A stretch of DNA of 62,809 bases, counting the filler, from Clostridia bacterium (GTDB taxonomy: Bacteria > CBDUZB01 > JAGLHV01), in NCBI GenBank assembly GCA_030637025.1. It is 7 parts of 7 records of this genome, joined end to end, with 100 filler letters (N's around TTAATTAATTAA, not from the genome) between each part and the next. Parts side by side here need not be neighbours in the genome. Positions count along the whole stretch, not along the records: positions 11,191 to 41,510 come from DAOVVV010000030.1; 6 more parts are not named here. The stretch is one strand, 5' to 3'. Of the stretch, positions 30,775-41,610 are shown one piece after another. Position numbers and translations under genes: made by a program. A model generated the notes under the pieces. That model had not been told where the DNA came from. It saw only the letters and a list, made by a program, of their open reading frames with translations, and made no database searches. Within the stretch, counting starts at the first letter, position 1, and each line of letters opens with the position of its first letter.

Positions 30775-31715
30775 TAATTAAGCAACGATAAATCTCTTAA
30801 TCGTTTAATTTTCTGCTTTTTTAAATAATCACCGATTCCTTCAACAATTTTTAAAGGCGTTTGTGGATTCAAAAAATTACCCACACCAACAGCAATAGCA
30901 GCGGCTTTTGCTATAAAAAACTCTAAAGCATCCGTGGTGTTCATTATACCACCCATAGCAATTACAGGGATATTAATAGTATTAGTCACTTCCCAAACCA
31001 TACGCAAAGCAATGGGTTTTATTGCCGGACCTGATAACCCCCCGGTAAAATTTGTTAATTTAGGCTTCCTGGTTGTTACATCAATAGCCATTCCTAAAGG
31101 GGTATTAATTAAAGAAACTACATCTGCCCCTGCTTCTTCGCAAGCACGGGCAATACGGGTAATATCCGTAACATTAGGTGATAATTTTACAATCAAAGGC
31201 AGCCTGGTTACTTTTCGTACTTTATTAACCAATTTATAAGTTAGTTTTGCATCCTGTGAAAAAATCTTTTTAGTTTCTAACTTATTGTTTTTTTTCTGAA
31301 ATCTAATATTAGGACAGGAAATATTCAATTCTATTCCGGCAATTTGCCGTATTTTATTTAATTCTTCCGTTATTTTTATATATTCAAAAACACTTTCTCC
31401 TCCGACACTTACAATAATGGGAGTAGAAGTTATTTTTTTTAAATTAGGTAATTTTTCCTTTAAAAATACCTCTAAACCAACATTTTGCAACCCAACCGCA
31501 TTAAGCATTCCTGCAGCAGTTTCCACTATTCGGGGAGGAGGATTTCCCAATTTAGGTTTAAGCGTAATAGTTTTAGTAACAATTGCCCCTAATTTGTTTA
31601 AATCTACTAATTCTTTATATTCTTCACCGTATCCAAAAGTTCCGGAAGCTACCATTACCGGATTTTTCATTTTTATTCCAGCCAGATTAGTAAAAAGAAA
31701 AGGTCTTTTATTCAT
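30774..31715 (-). CDS. pyrD: Dihydroorotate dehydrogenase B catalytic subunit
   Basis: ASGTFG, NISCPN, VKLSPNVTDI, GGLSGPAIKP. Confidence 0.96.
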   Translation of the reverse strand: MNKRPFLFTNLAGIKMKNPVMVASGTFGYGEEYKELVDLNKLGAIVTKTITLKPKLGNPPPRIVETAAGMLNAVGLQNVGLEVFLKEKLPNLKKITSTPIIVSVGGESVFEYIKITEELNKIRQIAGIELNISCPNIRFQKKNNKLETKKIFSQDAKLTYKLVNKVRKVTRLPLIVKLSPNVTDITRIARACEEAGADVVSLINTPLGMAIDVTTRKPKLTNFTGGLSGPAIKPIALRMVWEVTNTINIPVIAMGGIMNTTDALEFFIAKAAAIAVGVGNFLNPQTPLKIVEGIGDYLKKQKIKRLRDLSLLN

Positions 31716-32547
31716 CCCATATTACCTGCTTTGCATCAAATATCGGGCCGTCTTTACACACTCTAACATATTTAAAACCCGGAAAATCTTCACTTTTAAT
31801 CTTTACCGCACAGCCTAAACAACTCCCTATACCACAAGCCATATACTCTTCCAGACAAACCTGAGCGGGAATTTTATCTTTTTCAGTGATTTTAGCTATT
31901 TCCTTAAGCATTAAAGACGGACCACAACTATAAGTCATAAATAAAGAAGAAGACCGGCCAACTTTTAACTCTTCTTTTAAGAGATCGGTAACCAAGCCCT
32001 TACTGCCAATCGACCCATCTTCTGTAGCAATTTTTACCTGGCAATTTAATTTATCAAAATTACAAGTAAGTAAAGATTCTTTTTTATTTTTAATTCCGAT
32101 TAAAACAGAAACAACAAAAGAACGGAAATTCATCAAGCATTCCGCCAGGAATAAAAGAGGAACGACCCCTATTCCTCCACCGATTAAAATAATCCCGGAC
32201 TTTTGCTTTTGATTTTTTTTTCTTTCCGGAGGCAATATAAACCCATTACCTAAAGGCCCAATGATATCTATACACTCTCCGGACTTTTTTTGACTTAAAA
32301 TATTAGTTCCTTTTCCTACTATTTTATAAAGCAATTCAATTTTAGATTTTTGTTTTACCTTTGGAGGTCCAATTCTGTATATGCTGAATGGTTTTCTTAA
32401 AAAAGGTTCATATCCTTCACTAATTTGTACATTAATAAACTGGCCGGGTTTAGCAAATTTAGCAATCTGCGGAGCATCGACTACTAAATTGTAATATTGA
32501 GATGTAATCTTTTTATTAGCAATAATTTTCGCTTTAATTTGATACAA
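31708..32547 (-). CDS. pyrK: Dihydroorotate dehydrogenase electron transfer subunit
   Basis: PGQF, GPLGNGF, GGGIG, MACGIGSCLGC...VCKDGP 2Fe-2S motif. Confidence 0.95.
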   Translation of the reverse strand: MYQIKAKIIANKKITSQYYNLVVDAPQIAKFAKPGQFINVQISEGYEPFLRKPFSIYRIGPPKVKQKSKIELLYKIVGKGTNILSQKKSGECIDIIGPLGNGFILPPERKKNQKQKSGIILIGGGIGVVPLLFLAECLMNFRSFVVSVLIGIKNKKESLLTCNFDKLNCQVKIATEDGSIGSKGLVTDLLKEELKVGRSSSLFMTYSCGPSLMLKEIAKITEKDKIPAQVCLEEYMACGIGSCLGCAVKIKSEDFPGFKYVRVCKDGPIFDAKQVIWDE

Positions 32548-33829
32548 AAGTTCTATTCTCCATTACTATTCTACCTTCTACTATTGTAGTAACAGCAAAT
32601 CCTTTAAGCTTTCTCCCGATAAAAGGGGAATTTTTACATTTAGAATGAAAAAAATCATTGCCAATCTTTAATTCCATTTGAGGATCAATAATAGTTAAAT
32701 TAGCATATTCTCCTTTTTTTAATCTTCCTTCTTTTAGTCCTAAAATGGTTGCCGGATTCAACGTTACTTTTTTGATTGCTTCAGTTAACGACAGTACTTT
32801 TTTCTCCACTAATTCAACCATTATTAAAGGTAACAGAGTCTCCAACCCAATAATCCCAAAAGCGGCTAAATTAAACTCCGTGTTTTTTTCTATATCTAAA
32901 TGCGGAGCATGGTCAGAGACGATACAATCAATAGTTCCCTCCGCTAAACCTTCTTTTATTGCATTAATATCGGTTTGAGTGCGTAAAGGAGGTTTCATTT
33001 TCATATTAGTATTATATTTTCCTACATTTTTTTCAGTTAAAGTAAAATAATGAGGACAAGTTTCACAAGTAACTTTTATTCCTTTCCTTTTAGCTTCTTT
33101 AATCAGAGTTACTGATTCTTTTGTGCTTACATGGGCAATATGTAACTTTGCCCCGGTTAAGTTTGCCAAAGCTATGTCCCGGGCAACCATAATATTTTCT
33201 GCTTCCCGCGGTATTCCTGCCAGACCAAGAATAGCCGATACCTTCCCCTCATTCATTACTCCATTATGGGAAAGATTCAAATCCTCACAATGCACAATGG
33301 TTGGTAAATTAAAAGTTTTAGCATATTCTAACGCTCTGCGCATAATTTTAGCATTCATTATTAAATTTCCATCATCGGAAACTGCTACAATTCCAGCTTT
33401 ACTCATCTCTCCCATTGACGACAATTCTTTACCTAAAAGATTCTTGGTAATACTGCCAATAGGAAAAACATTTATTAATCCTTCTTTTTCGGCCTTCAAC
33501 AAAACAAACTTAACCCCGGAAACATTATCAATGCAAGGATTGGTATTAGCCATACAACAAACAGAAGTAATTCCTCCCATTGCGGCAGCTTTTGTTCCTG
33601 AGGCAATAGTTTCTTCATCCTCTCTCCCCGGTTCGCGAAGATGAACATGCATATCAATTAAGCCGGGAACAACTATTTTTCCTTGAGCATTTATAATTTT
33701 ATCAGCAGTAATTGATAAAGGTTTTTTAAGATATTTAATTTTGCTTCCTTCAATTAAAATATCTAAAACTTCATCTATTTTATTATCCGGGTTAACAACT
33801 CTTCCGTTTTTTATTAAAATTTTTTCCAT
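32534..33829 (-). CDS. pyrC: Dihydroorotase
   Basis: DMHVHLREPG, HCED, SDHAPH. Confidence 0.96.
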   Translation of the reverse strand: MEKILIKNGRVVNPDNKIDEVLDILIEGSKIKYLKKPLSITADKIINAQGKIVVPGLIDMHVHLREPGREDEETIASGTKAAAMGGITSVCCMANTNPCIDNVSGVKFVLLKAEKEGLINVFPIGSITKNLLGKELSSMGEMSKAGIVAVSDDGNLIMNAKIMRRALEYAKTFNLPTIVHCEDLNLSHNGVMNEGKVSAILGLAGIPREAENIMVARDIALANLTGAKLHIAHVSTKESVTLIKEAKRKGIKVTCETCPHYFTLTEKNVGKYNTNMKMKPPLRTQTDINAIKEGLAEGTIDCIVSDHAPHLDIEKNTEFNLAAFGIIGLETLLPLIMVELVEKKVLSLTEAIKKVTLNPATILGLKEGRLKKGEYANLTIIDPQMELKIGNDFFHSKCKNSPFIGRKLKGFAVTTIVEGRIVMENRTFVSN

Positions 33830-33830
33830 A

Positions 33831-34775
33831 TTAATCCTTGCTATTAATTTGTTTCCGCCCTGCTAATAAATATAAAACTGCCATCCTAATCGCTATACCA
33901 TTGGTTACCTGTTCTAAAATAACAGACTGGGGTCCATCGGCTACTTCACCAAATATTTCCACACCCCTATTCATTGGTCCGGGATGCATCACTAAACAAT
34001 CATCTTTAGCATATTTTAATCTTTCATTAGTTATTGCATAAAATTCCGCATATTCCCGTAAAGAAGGTAAGAGATGCTCCTTTTGTCTTTCTAATTGTAT
34101 TCTTAAAGTATAAATCACATCCACATCGTTTAAAGCTTTCTCCAGATTATAAAAAACTTCTACTCCCATACTTTCAATTTCCGGAGGAATAAGAGTTGCG
34201 GGAGCACAAACACGCACTTCTGCCCCCATTTTCTTTAAGCCCCAGATATTAGAGCGTGCTACCCGGCTATGTAAAATATCTCCGATTATTGTTACTTTTA
34301 AGCCTTTTATTTTCCCTTTTTTTTCTCTTATAGTAAATAAATCTAATAACCCCTGAGTAGGATGTTCATGCGCACCATCTCCGGCATTTATTACTGATGA
34401 TTTTATTGTCCGGGATACTATTTCTGCAGCACCGGCCATACTGTGCCGAATGATAACAAAATCTGCTTTCATCGCTTCAATAGTTTTTACCGTATCAATC
34501 AAACTTTCCCCTTTAACCACACTACTGGTAGAAATAGGAACATTTAAACTGTCTGCACTCAGCCTTTTGGCCGCTAGTTCAAATGAATTACGAGTTCTTG
34601 TAGATGGTTCATAAAAAAGGAGTACAACCGTTTGTCCTCTTAAAGCGGGAACTTTTTTTACCGAACGGGTAAATAATTCTTTAAAAGGCCCGGCCGTATC
34701 CAGGATTAATTGGATTTCTTTCTTGTCTAAATTTTCTAATCCCAGTAAATCCTTATTTTTTAATTTCATGGGCAT
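33831..34775 (-). CDS. pyrB: Aspartate carbamoyltransferase catalytic subunit
   Basis: [25 protein letters not shown]. Confidence 0.97.
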   Translation of the reverse strand: MPMKLKNKDLLGLENLDKKEIQLILDTAGPFKELFTRSVKKVPALRGQTVVLLFYEPSTRTRNSFELAAKRLSADSLNVPISTSSVVKGESLIDTVKTIEAMKADFVIIRHSMAGAAEIVSRTIKSSVINAGDGAHEHPTQGLLDLFTIREKKGKIKGLKVTIIGDILHSRVARSNIWGLKKMGAEVRVCAPATLIPPEIESMGVEVFYNLEKALNDVDVIYTLRIQLERQKEHLLPSLREYAEFYAITNERLKYAKDDCLVMHPGPMNRGVEIFGEVADGPQSVILEQVTNGIAIRMAVLYLLAGRKQINSKD

Positions 34776-35322
34776 TCTCCAGAATTTCTTTTAAAATTAC
34801 CCTCTCGTTATCATCTACTTCCTTCAATTCGACACAAATTAATTCTTTAATTGAAGCAGGAAATATTTTTCCTACAAAATCCGGTTGGATAGGAAACTCA
34901 CGGTTACCACGATCAATCAGAACTGCTAAGCGAATAAGCTTTGGCCTTCCGAAATCAATTAATTCATCCAAAGCGGCCCTTATAGTCCTGCCGGTAAATA
35001 ACACATCATCCACTAAAACAATCTTTTTCCGGTCTATATTAAAAGGTATTTTTGTTTCACGCACTATGGGTTGGTCAGCAGCAGAATTTAAATCATCCCG
35101 ATACAAAGTAATATCTAAAACACCCACAGGAATATCTACGGATTCTATTTCTTTTATTTTAAAAGCCAGACGATTAGCCAGAGGAACACCCCTATTCTGG
35201 ATTCCAATAATAACCAGGTCTTCAACACCATAATTCTTTTCTATAATTTCATGCGCCATTCGTTTTATAGTTCGGTCTATTTCCGATTTATTCATTATTA
35301 TCTTCTTTTCGCGAAAAACCAA
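34753..35322 (-). CDS. pyrR: Bifunctional PyrR regulator / uracil phosphoribosyltransferase
   Basis: [41 protein letters not shown]. Confidence 0.96.
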   Translation of the reverse strand: MVFREKKIIMNKSEIDRTIKRMAHEIIEKNYGVEDLVIIGIQNRGVPLANRLAFKIKEIESVDIPVGVLDITLYRDDLNSAADQPIVRETKIPFNIDRKKIVLVDDVLFTGRTIRAALDELIDFGRPKLIRLAVLIDRGNREFPIQPDFVGKIFPASIKELICVELKEVDDNERVILKEILENAHEIKK

Positions 35323-35437
35323 AATAACACCTCTTAAATCTGTAATTATAAATTTTAAATTTATTAACTATATTTCTTTAAACTCTTAAGTGAAAAATAT
35401 ATACTTGTTGACTTTTTAAGTAACTAATTCAAATAAA

Positions 35438-36748
35438 CTAATTCTTTTTAATTCCCCTGGCTCCAATGTCTTTACGATAATGCATGCCCTCAAATTTTAT
35501 TTTATCAATTGTCTGATAAGTTAAATTAATGGCTTTATCTAAACTATCCCCTAAAGCAGTTACCCCTAAAACCCGTCCCCCTGCAGTTTGTAATTTTTTT
35601 TCACTGCTAAAAGCTGTTCCTGAATGAAAAGCCACAACATCTTTTATTTTTTTTGTATTTTCCAGACCGGAAATTTCTTTTTCTTTCTCATAACTGCCCG
35701 GATATCCCTGGGAAGTCAATACTACACAAACACAGGACTTTTTCTCCCATTCTATTACTAATTTATCCAGTTTTTTATCGATTACCGCAGAAATTATATC
35801 TAACATATCGCTTTTTAGTAACGGTAAAACAACCTGTGTTTCCGGATCTCCAAACCGAACATTGAATTCTAAAACTTTCGGCCCCTTTTTGGTAATGACT
35901 ACCCCTGCATAAACTACTCCCTTATATTCTATTCCCTCTTTTTTTAAACCTATTATAAAATTTTCAAAAACCTCTTTTTTTGTTTGCTCATATATCTCTT
36001 CGGTTATCACAGGAGCAGGAGCGTAAGCTCCCATACCTCCCGTATTTGTTCCCTCATCACCATCAAATACTCTTTTATGGTCCTGGGAAGAAATCATAGG
36101 TAAAACAGTTTCACCGTCACAAAAAGCCATTAAAGACGCTTCTTCCCCTACTACCATTTCTTCTATGATAATTTTATCCCCTGCACTACCAAATTTTCTT
36201 TCGACCATTATCATATCAATGGCGGCTATTGCTTCAGGCTTTGTTTTACATATTATCACACCCTTGCCTCCGGCTAATCCATCTGCTTTTACCACCAGGG
36301 GTACTCCTACTTTTTCCACACACTTTTTTGCTTCCTGGGGATCATCAAAAACATCAAAACGGGCAGTAGGAATATTATATTTAGACATAAACTCTTTAGC
36401 AAATATTTTACTTCCTTCTAATTGGGCTGCTTTTTTATTAGGGCCAAAAATAGCTAAACCTTCGTTTTGAAAATAATCCACAATTCCACTAACTAACGGA
36501 ACTTCCGGACCTACAATAGTCAAATCAACATTATTTTCTTTAACTAATTTCACTAAACCGGGAAAATCAAGAATACCTATATCAACACAAACACCCATCT
36601 CTGACATTCCGGCATTACCGGGAACACATAAAATATTGGAAACTTTTTTACTATTATTCAGTTTCCAAACAAAAGCATGCTCTCTTCCTCCCGACCCAAT
36701 AACTAAAACTTTCACTCTTTTTCCTCCCTTACCAAAATTATCAATCAA
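35438..36748 (-). CDS. purD: Phosphoribosylamine--glycine ligase
   Basis: GSGGREHA, KADGLAGGKGV, EFNVRFGDPE; the start may be a few codons downstream. Confidence 0.97.
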   Translation of the reverse strand: MIDNFGKGGKRVKVLVIGSGGREHAFVWKLNNSKKVSNILCVPGNAGMSEMGVCVDIGILDFPGLVKLVKENNVDLTIVGPEVPLVSGIVDYFQNEGLAIFGPNKKAAQLEGSKIFAKEFMSKYNIPTARFDVFDDPQEAKKCVEKVGVPLVVKADGLAGGKGVIICKTKPEAIAAIDMIMVERKFGSAGDKIIIEEMVVGEEASLMAFCDGETVLPMISSQDHKRVFDGDEGTNTGGMGAYAPAPVITEEIYEQTKKEVFENFIIGLKKEGIEYKGVVYAGVVITKKGPKVLEFNVRFGDPETQVVLPLLKSDMLDIISAVIDKKLDKLVIEWEKKSCVCVVLTSQGYPGSYEKEKEISGLENTKKIKDVVAFHSGTAFSSEKKLQTAGGRVLGVTALGDSLDKAINLTYQTIDKIKFEGMHYRKDIGARGIKKN

Positions 36749-36829
36749 ACCTTAATTTCCGGTAAATTATTTCTTTTAATTTCTATGTTTTATATCCATC
36801 TCTTTTATCAATAATCTACATTTTTGATA

Positions 36830-37627
36830 TTATACTAAATTCGCTCCGGCAAAGTCCACTGCATTTTTAAATAAAAATATACCATCTCCTTCTTCCGGTA
36901 ATTTTTTCCTTGTCCATTGAGGGTGGTGATATTTATTTATGTACCGCTCCGGATGAGGCATCATCCCCATTACATTTCCTTTCTTATTACAAATCGCGGC
37001 AATATTGAAAACCGAACCGTTAGGATTATCCGGATACCCGGATAAATTTCCTTCTTTATCCACATATTGAAAAATTACCTGTTCATTTTTTTTAAGTTTA
37101 TCCAATAAAAGTTTATTTTTACAAATAAATTTTCCTTCCGCATGAGCGATAGGTAAATAAATGATTTCTTTCATGCCCTTTGTCCATAAATTTTGAAACG
37201 TAAGTTTTCCTGTTTTTAAATATACCCACCTGTCTTCAAACCGCCCTGAATCATTACCGCTTAAAGTAACTAACTGCTCCTTTTCCATAACCTCTATCCC
37301 GGGAAGAAGACCGCTCTTTACCAATACCTGAAAACCATTACAAATACCTAAAACTAAATTTCCCTTACCTACAAATTCTTTTAAAGAAGAATACAGTTTA
37401 TATTTTAACTCATTAGCTAAAATCTTTCCGGCACTAATATCATCACCATAAGAAAAACCCCCGGGAATAACCAAAATCTGGTAATTAAGAAACGGATTAT
37501 CCTTCTTTAATATTTGATTGATATGCATTGATTTCGTTTGGGCCCCGGCAACTTTCAAGGCATAAACGGTTTCTTCGTCACAATTCGTCCCTGCTGTTCT
37601 CAAAACAACAGCTCTTACTTTTTTCAT
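36830..37627 (-). CDS. purQ: FGAM synthase glutaminase subunit
   Basis: GTNCD, PGGFSYGD, GICNGFQ, MMPHPER. Confidence 0.96.
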   Translation of the reverse strand: MKKVRAVVLRTAGTNCDEETVYALKVAGAQTKSMHINQILKKDNPFLNYQILVIPGGFSYGDDISAGKILANELKYKLYSSLKEFVGKGNLVLGICNGFQVLVKSGLLPGIEVMEKEQLVTLSGNDSGRFEDRWVYLKTGKLTFQNLWTKGMKEIIYLPIAHAEGKFICKNKLLLDKLKKNEQVIFQYVDKEGNLSGYPDNPNGSVFNIAAICNKKGNVMGMMPHPERYINKYHHPQWTRKKLPEEGDGIFLFKNAVDFAGANLV

Positions 37628-37760
37628 ATAATTTGTCTCCCTAAATTACGTATTGTCAAAAGTTTTACTTATTTTTCTTAAGGTATTTTACAAGAAATTT
37701 TCACTTTATTTGCAAAATTTTTTTGATTTTCCTTCCATTAGATTTTCGTTACTACCAGCA

Positions 37761-37850
37761 AAATTTCCGATAATGTTCTAAGTGTATCTTAAATCCTGCA
37801 AAGCAGGACTGGGTAAAGTGCCGAAGGCGCATAGCTAAATTAGACAAACT
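37761..37850 (-). other. Degenerate attC-like site
   Basis: Begins just after the stop of the small ORF with GTCTAAT (RYYYAAC-like), contains triloop hairpins and ends ACATTATCGGAAAT (GTTRRRY-like, degenerate). Confidence 0.3.
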
Positions 37851-37852
37851 GA

Positions 37853-38062
37853 CTATGTTCTTATCATTCCAAAATGTTCAAATGCTTTTTTAATTGGTTC
37901 TTCTTTATCCTGCGGACATGGATTTTTTCTTCCATCAACTCTATTTGCTGCTCTTCTTGGTTCAAGCCCATTCTTTTCTTTTACGTCAGCTATCCAACAA
38001 GTCTGTACAGTAAATCTAAAGTTCTCCCTTACCCACTCTTGAATTTGTTTATATGTTGACAC
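37853..38062 (-). CDS. Small conserved hypothetical protein, cassette-like
   Basis: TYKQIQEWV...F...TCWIADVK..GL...CP..K...I..AFEHFGM pattern; GTG start with GGGGG RBS. Confidence 0.8.
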   Translation of the reverse strand: MSTYKQIQEWVRENFRFTVQTCWIADVKEKNGLEPRRAANRVDGRKNPCPQDKEEPIKKAFEHFGMIRT

Positions 38063-38085
38063 CTTTATCCCCCCTTTTAAAACTC

Positions 38086-38114
38086 ACATCGGCTAACTTA
38101 AAATAGCCGAAATT
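38086..38114 (-). other. attI-like tyrosine recombinase simple site
   Basis: 11-7-11 imperfect inverted repeat ATTTCGGCTAT-TTTTAAG-TTAGCCGATGT containing a GTTAGCC core (GTTRRRY-like). Confidence 0.4.
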
Positions 38115-38192
38115 CTGTTACTAATCCTTTGATAAACAGGTAAATATCAATGTCTTGCCTTAAAATAATTAACACTTTTTTTACATTATCTA

Positions 38193-38360
38193 AAAATGAA
38201 GGTAAAATATGTTTTGAACGATATAGCAAATTTTAGCGAAAATAAGCGTTAAAAAAATGGGACTGTCTGAGCAAAGCGAGTTTCCCATTTTTAGCTTGTT
38301 TTTGCGTGCCCAAAGGGTAAAATCATGCGTCTAGAGAAAAACATATTTTGCCTTTATTTT
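38193..38360 (+). repeat. 168-bp long-hairpin repeat element, copy B (compensatory variant)
   Basis: Inner stem TGGGA/TCCCA replaces the TAAGC/GCTTA of the other copies. Confidence 0.9.
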
Positions 38361-38367
38361 CCTCATT

Positions 38368-38394
38368 CGGGTGAACACAGGGGTTCACCCCTAC
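38368..38394 (-). repeat. GTAG-type REP
   Basis: Minus strand GTAG-GGGTGAACCCCTGTGTTCACCC-G. Confidence 0.8.
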
Positions 38395-38444
38395 AATAAC
38401 ATCTCTATGTTTGACTATTTTTTGACTACTTATGACTAAATAAT

Positions 38445-38575
38445 GCTATTCGCCATTTGCCATTTGCAGTCTTTTGTTTCTGTCTTTTTATTTTTTTAAA
38501 CTTATAACTAATAACTCGTAACTTATAACTGTCGTTTCTGTCTTTGTACCTCGATGCCTTTGTGCCTGTCTTTAT
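38445..38575. repeat. Short 7- and 8-mer tandem repeats downstream of thrS
   Basis: GCCATTT units, TAACT-containing heptamers (x4), TGCCTTTG-type octamers. Confidence 0.7.
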
Positions 38576-38578
38576 CTT

Positions 38579-40309
38579 TTATTTCTTCTCTTTTATCTCC
38601 TGCTGCAGTCTGATTATCAAATCAGCAATTTTTAATTGTCCCAGGTTTTCGCCGTTTTTTTTACGCACGGCAACAGTTTGGGACTCTGCTTCTTTTTGCC
38701 CTAATACCAGCATATAAGGAATTTTTTGCATCTGGGCCTGCCTTATTTTATATCCTAATTTTTCATTTTCCAGGTCAACCTCTGCACGGATATCAGCTTC
38801 TTTTAAAGTTTTTAAAATTCCTTTAGCATATTCTTCCTGATTATTGGTAATAGTAATAATACGCACCTGCTCCGGAGCCAGCCATAAAGGAAAAGCACCG
38901 GCATAATGTTCAATTAAAATACCAAAGAACCGCTCCAAAGAACCCATTAATGCCCGATGAATCATAACTGCAGTATGTTCTCCCCCTTCTTTATCCCGGT
39001 ATTTAACATCAAAACGCTCGGGCAAATTAAAATCCACCTGCACGGTAGAACACTGCCATGACCTTTTCAGGCAATCTTTAATTTTTATATCTACTTTAGG
39101 GCCATAAAATACACCTTCCCCGGGATCAACCTGATAGGCAAGTCCTACTTTTTCCAGGGCCTTTTTAAGTGCCTCGGTCGCCTTATCCCACTCTTCAACA
39201 GTTCCCACATATTTAGGGGGACGCGTACTAAGAAAAACCTCAAAATCATTAAAACCAAAACTTTTTAAAATAAATAAAACAAATTCAATAACCGAAATAA
39301 TCTCTTCTTCTAATTGGTCTTCCCGGCAAAAAATGTGGGCATCATCCTGAGTAAACCCTCTTACCCTCATCAAACCATGTAATACCCCGGAACGTTCGTA
39401 CCGGTAAACAGTGCCTAATTCCGCCCAGCGAATGGGTAAATCCCGATAGCTGCGTAATTTTGTTTTATAGATTAAAATATGCCCCGGGCAATTCATCGGC
39501 TTAATAATATATTGCTGCCCCTCAATATCTATAGGAGAATACATATTTTCCTGATAAAAATCCCAGTGCCCACTGGTTTTCCAGAGATCAATCTTAGCCA
39601 GATGAGGAATAGAAAGCATTTGATATCCGGCTTTGCGATGTTCTTTCTTCCAAAAAGTCTCAATTATATCCCTAATCATACAACCCTTGGGATGCCAGTA
39701 AATTAATCCGGGCCCTCCTTCTTCATGAATACTAAAAAGATCAAGGTCTTTTCCTATTTTACGATGGTCCCTTTTTTTTGCTTCCTCTAAAGACAACAAG
39801 TACTTAGCTAATTCCTTTCGATCAAAAAAAGCCGTTCCATAAATTCTTTGTAACATTTGCCTCTTTTCATCCCCACGCCAATAAGCCCCGGCAACACTCA
39901 AAAGCTTAAAATATTTGACTTTCCCTGTGGATTTAAGATGAGGCCCTTTACATAAATCAACAAACGAACCCTGTTTATATAGAGAAACTTTCTCATCCTG
40001 AATTTCCTCTATTATTTCTACTTTATATATTTCTTTTTTTTCTTTGAGAAATTTTAACGCTCTCTCTTTTTTTATTTCTTCTTTTACAAAAGGTAAATCC
40101 AAAGCTATTATTTCTTTCATTTTGGAAGAAATAATTTCTAAATCCTGCGGGGTAAAAGAAGTTGCTTTATCAAAATCATAATAAAATCCTTCTTCGATAG
40201 CCGGACCGATAGCTAACTTCACTTCCGGATAAATTTCACTCACCGCCTGTGCCATTATATGAGCACAGGAATGCCTTAAAACACTGATATCTCCCTGCTC
40301 TTCTTTCAT
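38579..40309 (-). CDS. thrS: Threonine--tRNA ligase (short form without the N-terminal TGS domain)
   Basis: [37 protein letters not shown]. Confidence 0.98.
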   Translation of the reverse strand: MKEEQGDISVLRHSCAHIMAQAVSEIYPEVKLAIGPAIEEGFYYDFDKATSFTPQDLEIISSKMKEIIALDLPFVKEEIKKERALKFLKEKKEIYKVEIIEEIQDEKVSLYKQGSFVDLCKGPHLKSTGKVKYFKLLSVAGAYWRGDEKRQMLQRIYGTAFFDRKELAKYLLSLEEAKKRDHRKIGKDLDLFSIHEEGGPGLIYWHPKGCMIRDIIETFWKKEHRKAGYQMLSIPHLAKIDLWKTSGHWDFYQENMYSPIDIEGQQYIIKPMNCPGHILIYKTKLRSYRDLPIRWAELGTVYRYERSGVLHGLMRVRGFTQDDAHIFCREDQLEEEIISVIEFVLFILKSFGFNDFEVFLSTRPPKYVGTVEEWDKATEALKKALEKVGLAYQVDPGEGVFYGPKVDIKIKDCLKRSWQCSTVQVDFNLPERFDVKYRDKEGGEHTAVMIHRALMGSLERFFGILIEHYAGAFPLWLAPEQVRIITITNNQEEYAKGILKTLKEADIRAEVDLENEKLGYKIRQAQMQKIPYMLVLGQKEAESQTVAVRKKNGENLGQLKIADLIIRLQQEIKEKK

Positions 40310-40354
40310 CGTCTCCTCTTTCCTTTCTTATTCGTAGTTATTATTTTACGTCCT

Positions 40355-41314
40355 CTATTTTTTTTCCTGAACCAACAAATCTCGTTCGTCTATAATTCCA
40401 ATGGGTTTATTATTTTTATCTACTACCGGAATATTATCGAAATTTTTTTCTTTTAAAATTTTTATAGCTTCGTTCGCAAAAAAATCAACCGTTATAGTAG
40501 TCGGATTTTTCGTCATTATTTGGGAAATTTTTTTATTCAACAGGTCTTTCCCTTTTTTTTGTAAATGCCTTCTCAAATCACCATCGGTGAAAAAACCCAC
40601 CAGTTTCCCTTTTTTGTCTACCACACTTACCGCTCCCAATCGTCCCTGGGTCATTACAAAAAGTGCATCTTTAATGCTTTTTTCTTGTTTGATCACCGGA
40701 TTTTTCTTTCTTTTTTTTATTATATCCCCTACTTTAAGCAATCTTCGTCCGATATTTCCACCCGGATGAAATAAAGCAAAATCCTCTCTACTTAAACCTT
40801 TTTGTTTAAAAACACATATAGCTAAAGCATCTCCCATTGCCAGCATTGCCGTAGTAGAAGAAGTGGGAATTATATTATAAGGACAGGCTTCTTTTTTTAC
40901 TTCCACATTTAAAAAAACATCACCACTTGTAGCTAAAGTAGAACCCTTCCCACCGGTAACAGCAATTAATTTTACCTTCATTTTTTTTATCAGGGGCAAT
41001 ATCTTCCCTACTTCTGCGGTTTCTCCGCTGTAAGAAAGAATTATTATCAAATCCCTATTGGTTATCATCCCAATATCCCCGTGAATACTTTCCGCCGGAT
41101 GTAAAAAAAACGCCGGCGTGCCGGTAGAAGATAAAGTAGCAGCTATTTTTCTGGCTATTATTCCGGATTTTCCCATTCCCATAACCACGACCCGTCCTTT
41201 ACAATTTAAAACCAATTTAACTGCTTTCTCAAAATCCTGATTAATGTTTTTAATTAAACCCAAAATTGAATCTGCTTCTATATTTAAAATTTCCCTGGCC
41301 TGCCTGATAATCAT
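40355..41314 (-). CDS. kdsD: Arabinose-5-phosphate isomerase, KpsF/GutQ family (SIS + CBS)
   Basis: GMGKSG, HGDIG, SYSGET, PTSSTT, FHPGG and a CBS pair. Confidence 0.94.
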   Translation of the reverse strand: MIIRQAREILNIEADSILGLIKNINQDFEKAVKLVLNCKGRVVVMGMGKSGIIARKIAATLSSTGTPAFFLHPAESIHGDIGMITNRDLIIILSYSGETAEVGKILPLIKKMKVKLIAVTGGKGSTLATSGDVFLNVEVKKEACPYNIIPTSSTTAMLAMGDALAICVFKQKGLSREDFALFHPGGNIGRRLLKVGDIIKKRKKNPVIKQEKSIKDALFVMTQGRLGAVSVVDKKGKLVGFFTDGDLRRHLQKKGKDLLNKKISQIMTKNPTTITVDFFANEAIKILKEKNFDNIPVVDKNNKPIGIIDERDLLVQEKK

Positions 41315-41510
41315 TTAATTTCTCCTTTTATAATATATACAACTCTTAAAGACTGTGTCACAAATAGTCCTAAATCCCCCTAACCCCCACTACTGTCCCG
41401 ATGTTTTTGGGTTGATCTTTGAAATATATAATAAAATCAATAAGTTTTAGCGAAAATAGAATTTTAGGGTTTGGAATTTAATTTTTATTTATGTCATACT
41501 ATTACCTAAA

Positions 41511-41610
41511 NNNNNNNNNNNNNNNNNNNNNNNNNNNNNNNNNNNNNNNNNNNNTTAATTAATTAANNNNNNNNNNNNNNNNNNNNNNNNNNNNNNNNNN
41601 NNNNNNNNNN
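41511..41610. other. Artificial contig linker
   Basis: N44-TTAATTAATTAA-N44. Confidence 0.99.

Noticed and set aside
35323-35437. PyrR-binding attenuator upstream of pyrR
   Set aside because: No AGUCCAGAGAGGCU-like binding loop or terminator is visible.
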